Source of the DNA: the human T2T-CHM13v2.0 reference genome, Homo sapiens | Assembly (NCBI RefSeq): GCF_009914755.1 | Contig: NC_060942.1 | Reading direction: 5' to 3' (one strand) | Length of the DNA stretch: 64,000 nt | Shown: one piece after another, positions 32,171 through 46,881 of the stretch | Layout: every line of letters begins with the position of its first letter | Position numbering within the stretch: position 1 is the first letter of the stretch | Position numbers and translations under genes: made by a program | Notes under the pieces: generated by a model | What the model was told of the DNA's origin: nothing | The model's database searches: none | Seen by the model: the letters and a program-made list of their open reading frames with translations, nothing else

Positions 32171-33724
32171 CTGGAAGACAGCCCAAGGGCCGCTGCCATT
32201 ACTCCCTGCCCTAGGGCTCTCTCCCTGTGTGGGCCTCCCCTCCTCCCCTTCTTTTGTCCACTGGGAAACTTCGCTCTTTAAACGTTGACACACATGGAAA
32301 GTTCTGACTGCCATCAGCAAGCAGTCAAAGCTGGGGCCTGGATGTGAACTCATGACTTCAAGTCACAAGTGTGAAGCACCTGCACAATGCCTCCAGAGCG
32401 GCAGTCTCCAAAGTGATTCAACAGTGTTCGTGTTGCTAAACATGGTTGGCTGTGAAACTCCTCCTTGTGGAAATGCTGGGCTCACAATTTTAAATGACAT
32501 ATAGTAAACATAAGAATTCCTACAATCTAAATATGTTCACACGCTTTGTGACTTTCCAAGAAAAGATACAAGAATGCAGGATTTCCTAAACTTATTTGCC
32601 CAGAGAACCCCTTGCTCCCTATTTTTCAGGAAGCATCATTTTTGTCCCGGACTAATTAGACTTGGAAGATACACCAGGGACACAGTTTTGTTGTTTTGGT
32701 CATATAGAAAGCCACCAACTGTCCCTGTCAGCAGAGGAAAAATACCTACATACAGAATTGAATGTGCTATAGGAACTCAACTTTGGAACATACTTCATAT
32801 TTTCTGGATAGTACATTTAACTTTGTGTTTGAGATGAAGTCTGATGATCACACACAAACTGCCGGCAGGACCCTGGGATACATGAGATTCAAAATTTCCC
32901 AAAGGAAACCCAAAGATGTGGATGAGTATGCATTGGTTGCATGTTTGTTACAGAGCCATAGCATGATGGAACCAGGGGACCGCTGGGGAGAATGAATCTC
33001 TTGATTTGCTGAGTGAGGAAGCTGAGCCCAGGGAGGGGAAGGCTCACAGCAAGTTTAGAGACTGACCCAGGACAGAGGGCCAGGGCTCCTGACTCCTGGT
33101 CCAGGGCGCCCCTGTGACTCCACCATATATGTGGTGATTTCCAGAAGATTTAGAACCATGCATAGAGATAGTAACTCTGCAGACATGATGAGGGCCCCAA
33201 AATAAGGTGATTAATAATGATCATTGATGAGTCACCAAGCCTATGGTGAGTCTATTTACTAAGTTCAGGAGTTAAGGATCCCCTCAGTGCCTGGGTGATC
33301 TTCTGGCTGCCAAGGCCATCCTCAGGAGAGCCAGTGTCACATGCTAGAGGAGCACTGGGTGTGGAGGCAGCCCTGGGTCCCCTCCTGGCTCAAGGTGCAC
33401 ACTGCACAGTCCTGGAACCTTAGCCTCCTCAGGTGTGGCTTAAGGGAGTGAGAACAGCTGGTGGCTAAGGTTTCCTCCAGCTGTGACAGGCCAGAACTGA
33501 GCTCGGTGACAGCTGTTGGCTGTGTGCCTGTGCTGACAGCCACGCCAGGCCCTACTCAGCTGTGAGATTGTGCCTCAAGACAGAGCCAGGTTGGTTGAAA
33601 GCTCTGGCTGTTTTTCAAGGATTTCTACCCAGGGCACATCTGTGACATTTCTATTTATCCCATTCTCTAACCATTCCTGGACACCATCTCCCCTAACCAT
33701 ACCTCAATGGTCCCCCACACATAA

Positions 33725-34395
<671 letters not shown>

Positions 34396-35779
34396 AAAGA
34401 CATATTTTTGTGCACCCAAATGCTATGCCATTCCAGTTGGAGAATAAGGGAGTCCCATTCCCCGGCCCTGCCTCCCACCAATCTTCATCATCTGCCTTCT
34501 TCAGGCCAGGCACTGTGCTAGGTGCTGCAGGCACAACACCTGCTTAGAACCTATCAATTACACTAAAGTACAGATCATGGCACTGCAGCCTGGAACACAC
34601 TATGACATGAGTGAATCCAGAGTGACTGGGGAACACAGAAGAATGCCATCCACTGACTCAGAGGGGTAGGGCCAGAGGGTAAGGGGAGGGAACAGGTCTG
34701 ACAGCTAAAGGACAGGAGCAGCTAGCTATGTGAAAAAGGCAGACAAGAGGCCTCCAGGTACAAAGGCCTCAGAGAAGAACAAGCAGGACTTGCCGGGGAA
34801 ATGCTGTCATGCAGAAGACAGAGCAGAGGGGGTGGGGGTCAAGAGATTCCAAAATCCAGGGAAGGAAGCTGGATCCAGGAAAAAGCAGTGAGCTGGTCAT
34901 CGCAGAGCTTCAGAAGGGTTTCCCTGGTTTGCATGGGGAGATGGGCCACCTGGCTGGAGTATAACGTGGCATGGCCCATGGCAGGGAGCAGAGGGAGATG
35001 TGAATGAGATACAGAGATTTAGGAGGTGGAACTGTCAAGACCTGGAGACTGCTTGGATGTGGGAAGTGAGTAGGAAGAAAGTCTAGATGCTTGGGTGACG
35101 TGTGTCATCTATTGAGACAAGATGGGGTTTCAGGGTTCAGATGTGTGCAGCTGTAGTCCCCACGGCGCAGTGAGCAGTTGGAATTATGGGCTAGAGATGG
35201 ATCAGTATGTTGGTGAGGACTGAAGTCTTGGGAGGATGTGTGGGTGGGTGGGGGTGAAACCACCCCGGGAGAGTGTGCTGAGGCTGGGCCCTGCACACCG
35301 CATGCTTCCGATTTCCTGTCCCTGGGTAGCCCTAGGTTAGCTGGACATTGGACTGGGCAGGAAACCTTTCTGTAGAGAGTTTGGGTGTCTATTTCTTAAA
35401 CGTCAGTCCATCCCTGGAAAGCACTCTATGAGGATGACCACTACAAAGTAGATATTTCACACGGGATGAGCGTTACCACTGGAGGCGGCACAATTTTGAA
35501 TAAGGGTTCATTGAAATTCTATATATAGTCAACACTATACCACCATTCTATAACTCTAAGATTTTAAGCCAGTAAAACTGATCCGTGTTCCATAAAACAA
35601 GCTAAAGTTGTGAAAATGGCTCTCACAAATCTAGCCACAGTAAACAGTAATGGATACAGCTTGTTTTAAAATTATGAGGAATTTTAATAAAATGGACAGT
35701 CCAGTTCTCTCTCAGAAAAAGCCTAGTTTCATCACAGGATTATTTATAAAAGTAAAACATGAGAATATATTCATCAATT

Positions 35780-36090
35780 AGAGAATGGATAATTGTGATA
35801 ATCATGTCATAACATTTTAATCAACCATGGAAATCATGTTTACAAAGACATGTAGAAAAATGCTCGTTATAGTGAGAAAAAAAGCAGAATAAAAAATTAT
35901 ATATACAACAACTATATAAATATGCATATAAAAAGCATTAGAAATAAATATCCAAATAATATCAGAGACTGCCTTTAAGTGGCAGGAATATGGATTTTTT
36001 AAAAATTCTCTAGATTTTCTTGTATTTTAAAATTTTTCTAAGATGAACAGAATTACTTTAATAAATTTACAAATAAAATGAAAAATGTCT
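35780..36090 (+). mobile_element. Old L1 (L1ME-like) 3' tail
   Basis: Very A/T-rich stretch with gtgagaaaaaaagcagaat...aattactttaataaa L1M 3' motifs. Confidence 0.5.
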
Positions 36091-37507
36091 ATAAAAAGGA
36101 CACATTAAGGAGAAAAAAAAACACTCGAAGGATCTTCTCAACTGAGTCTTTTCTGATGCACGTTCAACATTGGATAAGCCAATGGCTGGATAGTCAGTTG
36201 AGGTGAAAAGTGTTTAAGTGCCAAGCTGGACTCTTAGTTCTCTATCATTCTTGCACAAACTCTGAGTCAGTGGGTACCATCTCCTGATTTGAATCCAGCT
36301 CTGGCTGATAGCAGGTCGATAAAGAAAAACCAACACTGCTGCTGGCCGTAAGGAGGGTCTGTCTGCCCAGCCAGCTTCCAGGTCAGCACAGTCATGGCTC
36401 CTTTTGGCTACCAGGCCTGTCTCAGGCACCAGGGAATGGTGAGCTTCCCCTAGAGCCACCCTTCCTGCCCTCACCATCCCTACCACTCATTCTCCTCTGC
36501 TTTTGCACACTGGCCGGGGCTAACAGTCACTGCAGGGAGACCCATCTTCCATCCACCCTACTCAGGCCTCCGGAGACAATGCTCTGCAGGAGTGACTGGC
36601 CCTGAGAACCCTTCTACATGACCTTACCCCAAATGGGGGCACCTAAGCCTTGTGCAGGGTACGTAGTCAATGTGCTTCTGCCGAGAGCTGCAGTTAATTT
36701 TTGCATTCCAGAAGGATCAGCAGAAATTTCTAAAATTCTGGTAAAAGGGTTTAAGCAAAAAATCACTACTTGTCAAGGTGTCTTCCTAGAGTAGCCTCAT
36801 CTTGTGCATGTACCTGTGGGCAGCTTTTTCAAATCCAACTGGCTAAGGATCAGGTTGCAAGAGGCAGCTGAGTGGCCAGGTGTATCGACTCATCATCTTA
36901 GTGCTTTGACTTACCTGCTCAGGTAGAGTCTATAATTTTGGAGGGCACAGTACACTTCCCATCCCTTTGCACACTTCAGAGCATTCAGGAGGGATGTGCA
37001 CAGCGGGAGCTCACTAAATATAAGCTGACCGTGTTCTGCCTAAAAGCCCAATTTCCATTATTATAAAAAATACTAGTAAGTGGTAATAAAGTCCCCTGAA
37101 TGTCTGGGCTGGGCCTGGTTGAGAAGCACCCAAGCCAGCCTCTTCAACATGAGTGCTTCCTTACATGGGTAATTTTAACCCCAGGGGTCCCCGGGACCAG
37201 CCTCTGTGACAAGGCCCACAAGTAAAATCATTTCATCAGAGACAATGCTGGGAAAACCAGGTCTCACATCCTCAGAATCCTGGCCTAAGTCAACAGCAGC
37301 AGAGTGGAGCAGCTATTTAGACTTATGGCAGTTTAAGACAAATGTTTATTGCGCCCTCTCTGTGCCAGGCCCCATGCTTGGCAGTGGAGACGAGGCCTGT
37401 AAAATCAAGAAGGGGCATCTTCCTCAAGGACAGCTAAATGAGAGGAGGAGTTTTTGCGCTGATTTTAATGCAGGAGTCCGGGAGGCAGTTTCATGCGTAG
37501 GGTAGTA

Positions 37508-37680
37508 CAGTGGTTCTCAGACTTGAGTGGGCAACAGAATCCCTTGCAGGGCTTGTTAAAACACAGATGGGTGGGCCCTATCCCAGCCTTCTGATTCAGC
37601 AGGTCTCGGGGGTGGGGTACCTGAGAATCTACATTTCCAGCAAGCTCAGTGATGCTGATGCCATCAGTCCCACATCTACT
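37508..37680. mobile_element. MER5A-like DNA transposon
   Basis: cagtggttctca...gggcttgttaaaacacagat...tctgattcagcaggtct...gtgatgctgatgc. Confidence 0.75.
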
Positions 37681-37999
37681 GCTGGGGAGCTACTGGGCCC
37701 CTCTCATTACTTCTAAAAGGGTGGGTAGGATTGATGCCCCGAAAGTGCTACCTATAATAGTTCACATGCTCATTTTCATCCCCAGGCACTAAGCCTCCCT
37801 TGGGAAAGGCGGGTGAAGGTTAGCATGCAGAAGTCCCCTTGCTGCAGGCATTTATCCCACTGAAAGACTCCCAGGCTCCTTGGAGGGTTTTGAATCTTTA
37901 GAATATCACATGAGGAAAGTAAGTCTAATCAATAACTCCAGAAGGAGATCTCTATGACACACCCTCCTATGCCATCTGTGTGGCCCTGGTTGTTTAAAA

Positions 38000-39260
38000 A
38001 GTCAAATGGTGCTGGGAAACCGGACATCCACAGCAAAAGAATTAAGTTGGGCCCTTACCTCACATCTTCAACAAAGATTAACTCAAAGTGGATCAAAGGC
38101 CTAAATGTAAGACCTAAAATTGTAAAACTCTCAGAAGAAAACATAGGGCAAAAGCCTTATGACATCAGATTTGATGATTTCTTAAACATGACACCAAAGG
38201 CACAGGCAACAATATAGACAAATTGGACTTCATGAAAATTTAAACATTTTGTACACCAAAAGACACTATCAGAATAAAAAGATGACCCACAGAATGGGAG
38301 AAACTATTTGCCAATCATGTATCTGATAAGGGATTAATATCTAGAATATGTAGAGAACTCCTAAAACTCAACACAAAACCCCAAACAGCATAATTCAGAA
38401 ATGGTCAGAAGACTGAAAAGACATTCTTCAAAGACTACATAGAAATGGCCAATCAACACATGAGAAGATGCTCAGTATTACTATCAGGAAAATGCAAGTC
38501 AAAACTACAATGAGATATCACCTTACACCTATCAGAATAGCTACTATCAAAAAAATAAATAAATAAATAAAAGAAAAGAAAATACTACGTGTTGGCAAGG
38601 ATGTGGAGAAACTGGAATCCTTGTGCACTGCTGGTGGGAATGTAAAATGGTGCAGCTGCTATGGAAAACAGTATAGCAGTTCCTCCAAAAATTAATAATA
38701 GGATGGCCACATGATCCAGCAACTCCACTTTGGGGTATATACCTAAAAGAACTGAAAGCAGGGTCTCAAAGAGATACTTGTATATCCATGTTCAGTACAG
38801 CATTATTCACAATAGCCAAAACAGAGAAGCAACCTAGATGTCTAACAAATGGATAAGCAAAGTGTGATCCCTATACACACAATGGGACACAGTTTTAAAA
38901 GAAGATGGACACATACTACAATAGAGATCAACCATCAGGACACAAATGTTAAGTGAAATAAGCCAATTACAAAAAACAAATACTATACGATTCTACTTAC
39001 ATGAGGAACCTAGAATTGTCTAATGCAGAAAGACAGAAAGTACAATTGTGGTTGCCAGAGGTTGGGGGAGGAGGAACTGGGAAGTTGTTAATGGGTACGG
39101 GCTTCAGTTTTAAAAGATGAAAAGAGTTATGGAGATAAGTGCTGGTGAGATGCTAGCATAACATTATGAGTGTATTTAATACCATTGAACTATACACTTA
39201 AAAAGGGTTAATTATGATGGTAAATTTTTTGTGTATTTTACCACACTTTAAAAAATTAGA
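38000..39260 (+). mobile_element. 5'-truncated old L1 (L1MB-like): ORF2 C-terminus plus 3' UTR
   Basis: ORF 37954..38217 encodes degenerate L1 ORF2 (KINSKWIKGLNVRPK...NMTPKAQAT), followed by L1 3' UTR. Confidence 0.88.
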
Positions 39261-39350
39261 AATAAGCCATGGGAATGATTCAAGACTGTTCTCCTGGGCA
39301 ATGTAGCTGTTACCAGAGTTATTTATTTTTTGACAAGTTATTTATTTTTT

Positions 39351-39458
39351 GACAAGTCAAGTGCAGCAGTAAGACAGGGGAAGGAATAGAACAAGGAGTT
39401 CGATCTGTAACAGACTGTGAACAGTCCATTGAAATAACTCACTACCTTCAGACCAACC
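39351..39458 (-). pseudogene. Y1 RNA (RNY1) retropseudogene
   Basis: Minus strand reads GGTTGGTCTGAAGGTAGTGAGTTATTTCAATGGACTGTTCACAGTCTGTTACAGATCGAACTCCTTGTTCTA...CTGCACTTGAC, matching hY1 end to end. A-rich tail and 12-bp TSD CCAGAGTTATTT (39313-39324 / 39461-39472). Confidence 0.93.
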
Positions 39459-39958
39459 AGCCAGAGTTATTTGTAGTCCTGTAAGTGACTGGCAGATAGG
39501 CTAAATTCCCACATTACCACGTCTTTGAGGATGGGAATGGGGTGGGCCTGTTCGGAAGCCCCTTTTCTGTGCATTCCTCCCTGCCATGGGACCCACTCAC
39601 CTCCCACTGTTCTACCGCCCTGTCTCCCTGCATGCCAGCAGAGGACACACTGGCAGATCCCTCTGCCCTATGTCTACCCATGCAAGCCTTGATTTTTTTC
39701 CTAAGTGATTTTTAGTGGCCATATTTTAACTGAAATTATATTGGGTAGGTTATGTATTTATTATCATTCCTGTAGTAGATACAAATTTTTCTTCATTCCA
39801 AAGGTTAAGAAACTACAGCATGGAAAAGGGAAGCTACCTGCTTACTGCTCTCCTTGTTAGCAGACTGGGGCTCAGGGCCTGATTTCCTGATGCCCAGATT
39901 TGTCATCTGCCCTCTGCCAGGGGAGTGTTCCAGGAAGCCTGTCCCCCAAGAATCTTAC

Positions 39959-40024
39959 CTTCAGACTATTGTAGGCCAGATCTGCATTCGGGTCCAAATC
40001 TATGTCAGTCTGTGGTGGTTCCGC
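39959..40024 (-). CDS. MYO5B: MYO5B exon 27 (AEPPQTD...YNSLK)
   Basis: TGCAG| acceptor, AAG|GTAAGA donor, 66 nt. Confidence 0.95.
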
Positions 40025-40297
40025 CTGCATGGATAGAGACACAAAGATAAGTGCAGACCTCGAGCAAGATATTCCACAGAGGTGTTTCCAACTGTGGTCA
40101 AACTTGCTCATCCTGCCTGTGCGTGAATACCCAACACCCCCACCCTCCACAAGTCCACTTCCTTCCCACCTTCAAAGTGCAGCTCAACACTCCAGCCTAC
40201 CATGAAGTGTTCCATCAACACCTCCCTCCTGTCCCCACCCCCACTTTCACTCACATGGTCCCCACAGGCACTTATAGGTTGAATATGTATAGCACTG

Positions 40298-40714
40298 TGT
40301 TATGGCTTGAATTTTGCCCCCCCAAATGATATTCTGAAGTCCTCACCCCTAGAAACTGTGAATGTGACCTTATTTGCAAATAGGGTCTTTGCAGATGTAA
40401 TCAAGTTAAGCTGGGGTCATTTGGGTGGACACTAATCCAGTCGGAAGACGACACAGGGAAGATGACCATGTGAAGATGGAGGCAGAAGCTAAAGTCACGC
40501 AGCTGCCAGGCAGGGAACACCACGATGGCCAAAAACATGGGAAGTTGAGAGAAAGGCATGAAGCAAATTCTCCCTTAAAGCCTTCAAGAGAAGACGGGCT
40601 GTCAACACCTTGATTTCTGACTTCTGGCCTCCAGAACTCTGAGAGAATGAATTTTTGTTGTTTTGTCATCCAGTTTGTGGTGTTTTGTTTCAGCAGCCCT
40701 AGGAAGCTAACACA
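40298..40714 (+). mobile_element. Solo MLT1-family (MaLR) LTR
   Basis: TG...CA termini, gaatgtgaccttatttgcaaatagggtctttgcagatgtaat core, 5-bp TSD CACTG. Confidence 0.88.
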
Positions 40715-43427
40715 CACTGTAAAACTACGTCTCTAGTAACAAGGCTAACAAGTTACGTTCCAATTTATGAGGGAGGAAAGCTCCCCAGTGTGTTGTTTCC
40801 CAACTAAACTCTAAGCACCTTGCAGAGAGCTGCTTCCTCCATGACACTACCGCAGGTAGTAGAGATGGCCCACAACACTCTGTAATGCTGTCTGACATCA
40901 GAACTCCAAAGCTAGTGCTTGTCTATGGCAATTTCTGGAATAACAACTCACTAGGATTCAGCCGAGCAAATAATTCCTCAGTTATTTAGCTGCTATTTGA
41001 CTTAAATTGCCAATGAGAAGGGGTAGAAACAGCTTCATAAATGGTTAACTACTTGGAGTAATTTCAAGTAGTGGGTGTTAGTCCCTGATTAAGATGGATT
41101 TTTGGAGGTAAAAATGGACAGATCACTTAATGAGATTACCTACGTGCTAGCTAGCAGTGTTAAGTCCTCCCACTGTGGATGCACTAGCGTGCCCCAGGCT
41201 TGGAGACAGGAACAGGATCTGAGCATCTCCTGTACTCCTCCCAGCTGAAGGATGCCTACAGTTACCGCACTGTTTCCAGCCCTGCAATCTGGGCTTAAAA
41301 CCCCTCCAAGGTACCAGTGTCTGTTTTGCCTCCACCACCACCAGTGGTATAGGAGGCTGTGGCTGTCCAGGGTCTGCATTCAACCTGCTGCTCCGGTGAG
41401 AGTTCTGTACTTGTGTTCTATGTAGCATGGATTTGCCATGTGTCCGTGGATGATATTGAGTACATTACATTCTCAGAAAGTGGAGGTCACCTACTCAGAC
41501 TCAAGGGGCTCTATTAAGATGGGCTGGCAGTCACGTTCGTAAGTGGGAAGCCCATAGGAATCACCCTATTGGCCAAGGTGACTTTGCCAGGCTTGAGAAA
41601 GGGAGGTGGCTGGGTGGGAGGTCAAATGCACTGACTGTAGACTGTCATAGAGGCCCCACCCTCACAGCGCCTCAGTCACTTCCATACTGATGGTACATCC
41701 CATGGGCTTCCCTGCCATTCCTCACTCAGTGCATGGCCTCTCTCTGCAGTTGAGACCTGAGCCATCTCTCTCCAGAATGAAGACCCAGGTAGTTCAGGAT
41801 CCCTCTTTGGACCAAAAGCGAATCCAAGAACTTGACCTCCAAAAGCTCCATTTCAGGGTGCTGTAGAGGGATCCCATACCCTCTCCCAACCCACACCTGC
41901 CTTTCCTTCCTTAAACTGTCAGAAACAAGGCCATTCTCCCTAAAGAGAGATCCTTAATATACATGACAGAGCTATGGCCCAGGCCTAGAGTTCTAACTAT
42001 TGTTCAGTGGTTATTTTGGAGGAAAAAGATACCCTTTTTTATTTGGTATCCAGAGAAGTTCTAAAGCCAAGATTCCAAAATTAGCTGGCATGTCTGCAAT
42101 GGGGAGCCTGGAGAATGAATCTTTAGGTACAGCTGGATAGGCCAAGAACTTGTACATCAGGCACCGTCTGATGTCATCTGTGTAGCTTTTCATAGATTTG
42201 ATTTGCACTTGCCTGTCAGGGCAGCTTTCCTTCTAATTCAATGAGTCATTTAGAAACCTAATCTTTTCACTTTCCATTCTGAATCAAGTCCACCTGAGAG
42301 ATTTAAACCCATCGGCAAGATTTACCTCCCCACTTACTGCTCAGGGGGAAAAAAAACAAGAATTTGCCAGCAATATAGATCAGAATCTGTATCACAATTG
42401 ATTGCAAAGGGAATACAGGTGTTGCAAAAAATGACTGGACACAGAAGTGAGGGAAGGGGTAGGGATTGAGAACATGGGGTAGGTGTCAAACTCCACAATT
42501 AATAATTCAGGCCTGAGAACATACCAAAGGCCTTTTTCAAACCCACTATGAGTTCAGCTGATGATATAACCCATGGCAGAATTGGCCTTGTACCCTTTAG
42601 AAGTGGTCCTTCTATCTCCAAAGAAATAAATGGTTCTTTCCTCCTTAGCACTGCTATAGTCAATGGATTCTCTACTCCTATGGCACCAACCTGTTTGCAC
42701 TCAACTTGCATTTATTTAAGTGCTACCAATGTTATTTTTTACTTTTCACCTGTGTTATGTCTGGTTCTCCCAGACGTAACATCTAAATTCCTCATAACAT
42801 TTAAATTCCTCAATGGCTGGGAATTTCTCTTATATTGTTATCTGCTGTCCTTTAATGAACATTTTGTGTACCTACTACGTGCCTGGCACTGGCATAGTTC
42901 TGAATGCAGCATGGGTGCCCAGTAGTTCCTTGAGATGGAATGATTACTTTTGGGGCTACTAAGATTTCAAACAATATCCTTTCTAGACCCAAGAGGCTGC
43001 TGATAATCTGGACTGAGGCAAGGGTGCAGCCATGAGAGAGGAAAGTGAGTGACACACACTTGGTCTGCCTCTGACCCAAAAAGGCTGAACCCAAGCCCAT
43101 GCAAGATCCCAGGTATGAAAGGGCGATAGGTCATCTCTGTGTACATTTGACTTCTGCTGTATTTACACTCTTATTACACACCCTGGTCCTCCTGGCAGGG
43201 TGCTCCCCTCTTTGCAAGTAGGTGATGATGCCACAGACTTCCCCCTAGCTTCACCAACAGAAACCCGGGGCATGAGGGAGCTTACTCCTGTTCAGCTGGG
43301 CGGTGTAGGGGCACTCAGAGAAGACTCAGCATGACTCCAATGCACTAAGTAGGAGCCCTCTGAGACTTAGCAGGAGCACAATCCCATGTGGTCACACATG
43401 CCACATGAGCCCTGGACACAAGAGCTA

Positions 43428-43667
<240 letters not shown>

Positions 43668-44907
43668 TTAGGGAACACACAGCACTTCACTGCCTCCCTC
43701 TCTATCAGCCATCTGTCTCCTCTCTCCTCCCAAACATCAATTTGCATCTCAAATACAAAGCCAATGACAACCAACTAACATTTCTCATATCACAGTTGGT
43801 GCTCCAGGCTCATTTTCTGTCCAGATAACATCTGAGTCTCAGCCATTTATATTCCTCCTGTGTGAGCCACTTAAAATGACCAACCATATATTCCAAGAAC
43901 AAATGGATAAAAACACAGGCACTTTCTTTGGAAGTTAAAAGAGCTCACTTCTGGAAAATGGTCTCACACCAGAGAAACTATAGAACTTGGGACATAGCAC
44001 TTCCTGATGAAGAATCAACATGGTTACCAATCACTGCAATGTGCTGTCAGCCATCACTTGATTGCATCTTGAAATGGAATCAATGCTTGCTCTGCCCCGG
44101 AACCTATTTATCCAACAGATCTTAAAGCATCTATTTCCCAGATTTTGTTCCTTTTGGATTCATGCCTGAGTTTGCCCTCCAGGACTCCAATGCGTGGGGA
44201 TAGGGGTGTACAAACACGTCTATCTGCCTGTGAATGGGTAATGTGTATGAGCACATCCATGTGGATTTTTAAGCACATGTATGTACATGTGAGACAATAT
44301 AATTTGGTTCCACCAGGATTTAATAAGCACTGGTTCCACCAAGGCTTCATGTTTAACCAGCACTGGACCAGTCTTGGCTTCCTTAAAGAACATAAAACCA
44401 GTGATGACAATGCTTATGTCTACATGTAGATAGTCACACATACAAACACCAGGGTGATAAGCCTGGAGTTGAGGCTGACTGAAACCTCCAAGGGCCTAGA
44501 CTTAAAAGACCACAATGCAAAGCCAAGCATCTCAAGCCAGCAGTTATGCAAGGCTTACTAAGTGCGTCTGGCAGGCAGCAAGCCACGCAGAACCGCACAA
44601 CAGAGAGGAGACCTTCAGTTCTGGGGACCTCCTTCTCTCCCTCCACCCTCTGCTCCAGCATTCTCTATTGCTGATGGTCTCTTATTTTTCTTTATAGCAC
44701 TTAGCAGGACCTGCAATCATATCACATGTTTCTTCCCTAACTGCTCACTGACTAGCTCTCTGTCAGATGAGGGCAAGGACTTCTCCGGCTCAGTCACCAC
44801 TGTTTCTCTAGCACTGACCAGCAGATCCTGCACAAAGAACTGCTCCAAACCCATTTGTTTTTATTCTGTCTCTCCTCCATGTTATTTCCACATACTTTAC
44901 AAGGTTC

Positions 44908-44944
44908 TGTGTGTATGTGCGCGCACACACACGCGCGCATGTGC
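44908..44944. repeat. 37-nt perfect purine-pyrimidine alternation (TG/CG/CA)
   Basis: tgtgtgtatgtgcgcgcacacacacgcgcgcatgtgc. Confidence 0.85.
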
Positions 44945-45434
44945 CTGTGATTTTCTTTTCAAATGCCAGAGGAAAAATTGTATCTTTTGTACCTTTGACA
45001 AAATTATACACAGACCACACAGTCCACTGTGTGGTATATTTAGTGACTGACTAAGAGGTTATTACCAACAAAGATACAGTCACCCAGCATACTTTCATTC
45101 CAAATATTTTTTGTTGTTCTGAGTTTTATCCAGCTTCTAAGTGAGGGGGCAATTTTCTTGTTTATTTATTGATATTACTATATGCACTATGATATTAAGT
45201 GGGGATAAGTTGTATCTATTTTAATGACTTAGCTGTTCCTTCCTAAACCACCTATTTCACCTCTCTGCATCAGCTTCTTGGTTTTTCAAGAGGAATCAGA
45301 GATCCACCTTCTTCTTTCCTTTCTGGATAGGGTGTAAGGTGAACAATAATGTATTGCTTTACACAGTAAGTGTTAACTCCAGAGAACTGTCTCTAAATCC
45401 ACTGTAGTCCAAGTGATCCTGCTCTTGAGAATTA

Positions 45435-45710
<276 letters not shown>

Positions 45711-46735
45711 CTAATGTTCATGAGAATTTACCTCCCATGGTGGCAGGCCCTAGAGTTATCCTTCTGCCTAATTTGTCAACAAGAATAGGTATCATTGCTT
45801 CTTGGAATGATGGCTAAATAAAGCTAGCCCTATGAAACATTTCACCTACAGTTCTTACTGTAGTCATCCACTTTTCATCTCTTAATGAAACGCAAATTCC
45901 TAACACTTGGGTCAATTTCTCCGAGAAGTCCTGGAAAAACCTTTCCCTCCCAGTCTTGCTCTTGAAATGCACAAAGGCAGTCACATTACCCACTTCTCCC
46001 TTGAAAGGAATGTTCCACACCTGCCCAGAATGGCCCCTCCCTTCAACCTGCACTCCTCAAATTTTATGAAAATAGTAGCATATTAAAAATAGTTTACCAT
46101 TTATACTGTTCATTTAAAAATACTTTTTTTTTTCCTGCATCTGATTTGGCTGTCAGTGTGAAAATTGAGCTTGGTAGGACAATTTTAGACTTCTCTGGAT
46201 GTTCCTATTCAGCTTTTCTTCCTGGCTTCTATGCAATTAACTTACTCCATCTTGTTTGAATACTCATTTCTGGAGGAAATGTTTACATGGGGTAAAAAAG
46301 AATGACAGATCCTAAAATATCATAAAATTGTCTCTATGTATACTGCATCTCATCAGATTAGGAGACACAATCAGGCCCTTGTGGGTCTCTCTGCCACACA
46401 CACACTAATGAAGCTGAGAACTCCCACACCCCATTACTGTCTCAACACAGGAATGTTCCCGTAACAGGAAACAGGAAAGATAACACACTTGGGTAGAATG
46501 TTCCTTAAACTCATAACTGAGATCTTCATGACCCCAAAGTTGGAAAAGGAGCTGTCAGTAGGAATGAATCACCCAGTCCAGCTACCTTTGCCTCTCTGCA
46601 GTAATGGCAAGTGCTGCATATATGACACATGGACTGAGCATCACATATCAGAAAGCAGTGCCTGAGATCACGTGGTCAGAAGCTGGACAGGAGCCAGGGA
46701 CCTGTGCCATGGCACAGCAGAAGCACCCCCCTTGC

Positions 46736-46881
46736 CTTTATGATGGTCATTTCATCCCGAAGGTTGTCGTATCTCTGCTCCAACTGTGAATATTCCTTCA
46801 CAAGGTTCTGGTACCGGGATCGCTCCTCCTCCAGTTCTTTCTTCATGAGATTTTCCTTCACAGAGTTCTGGGCAAATTCAT
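46736..46881 (-). CDS. MYO5B: MYO5B exon 24 (DEFAQNS...EMTIIK), GC donor
   Basis: TTTCCAG| acceptor, 146 nt, phase 1-0, ends AAG|GCAAGG. Confidence 0.94.
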
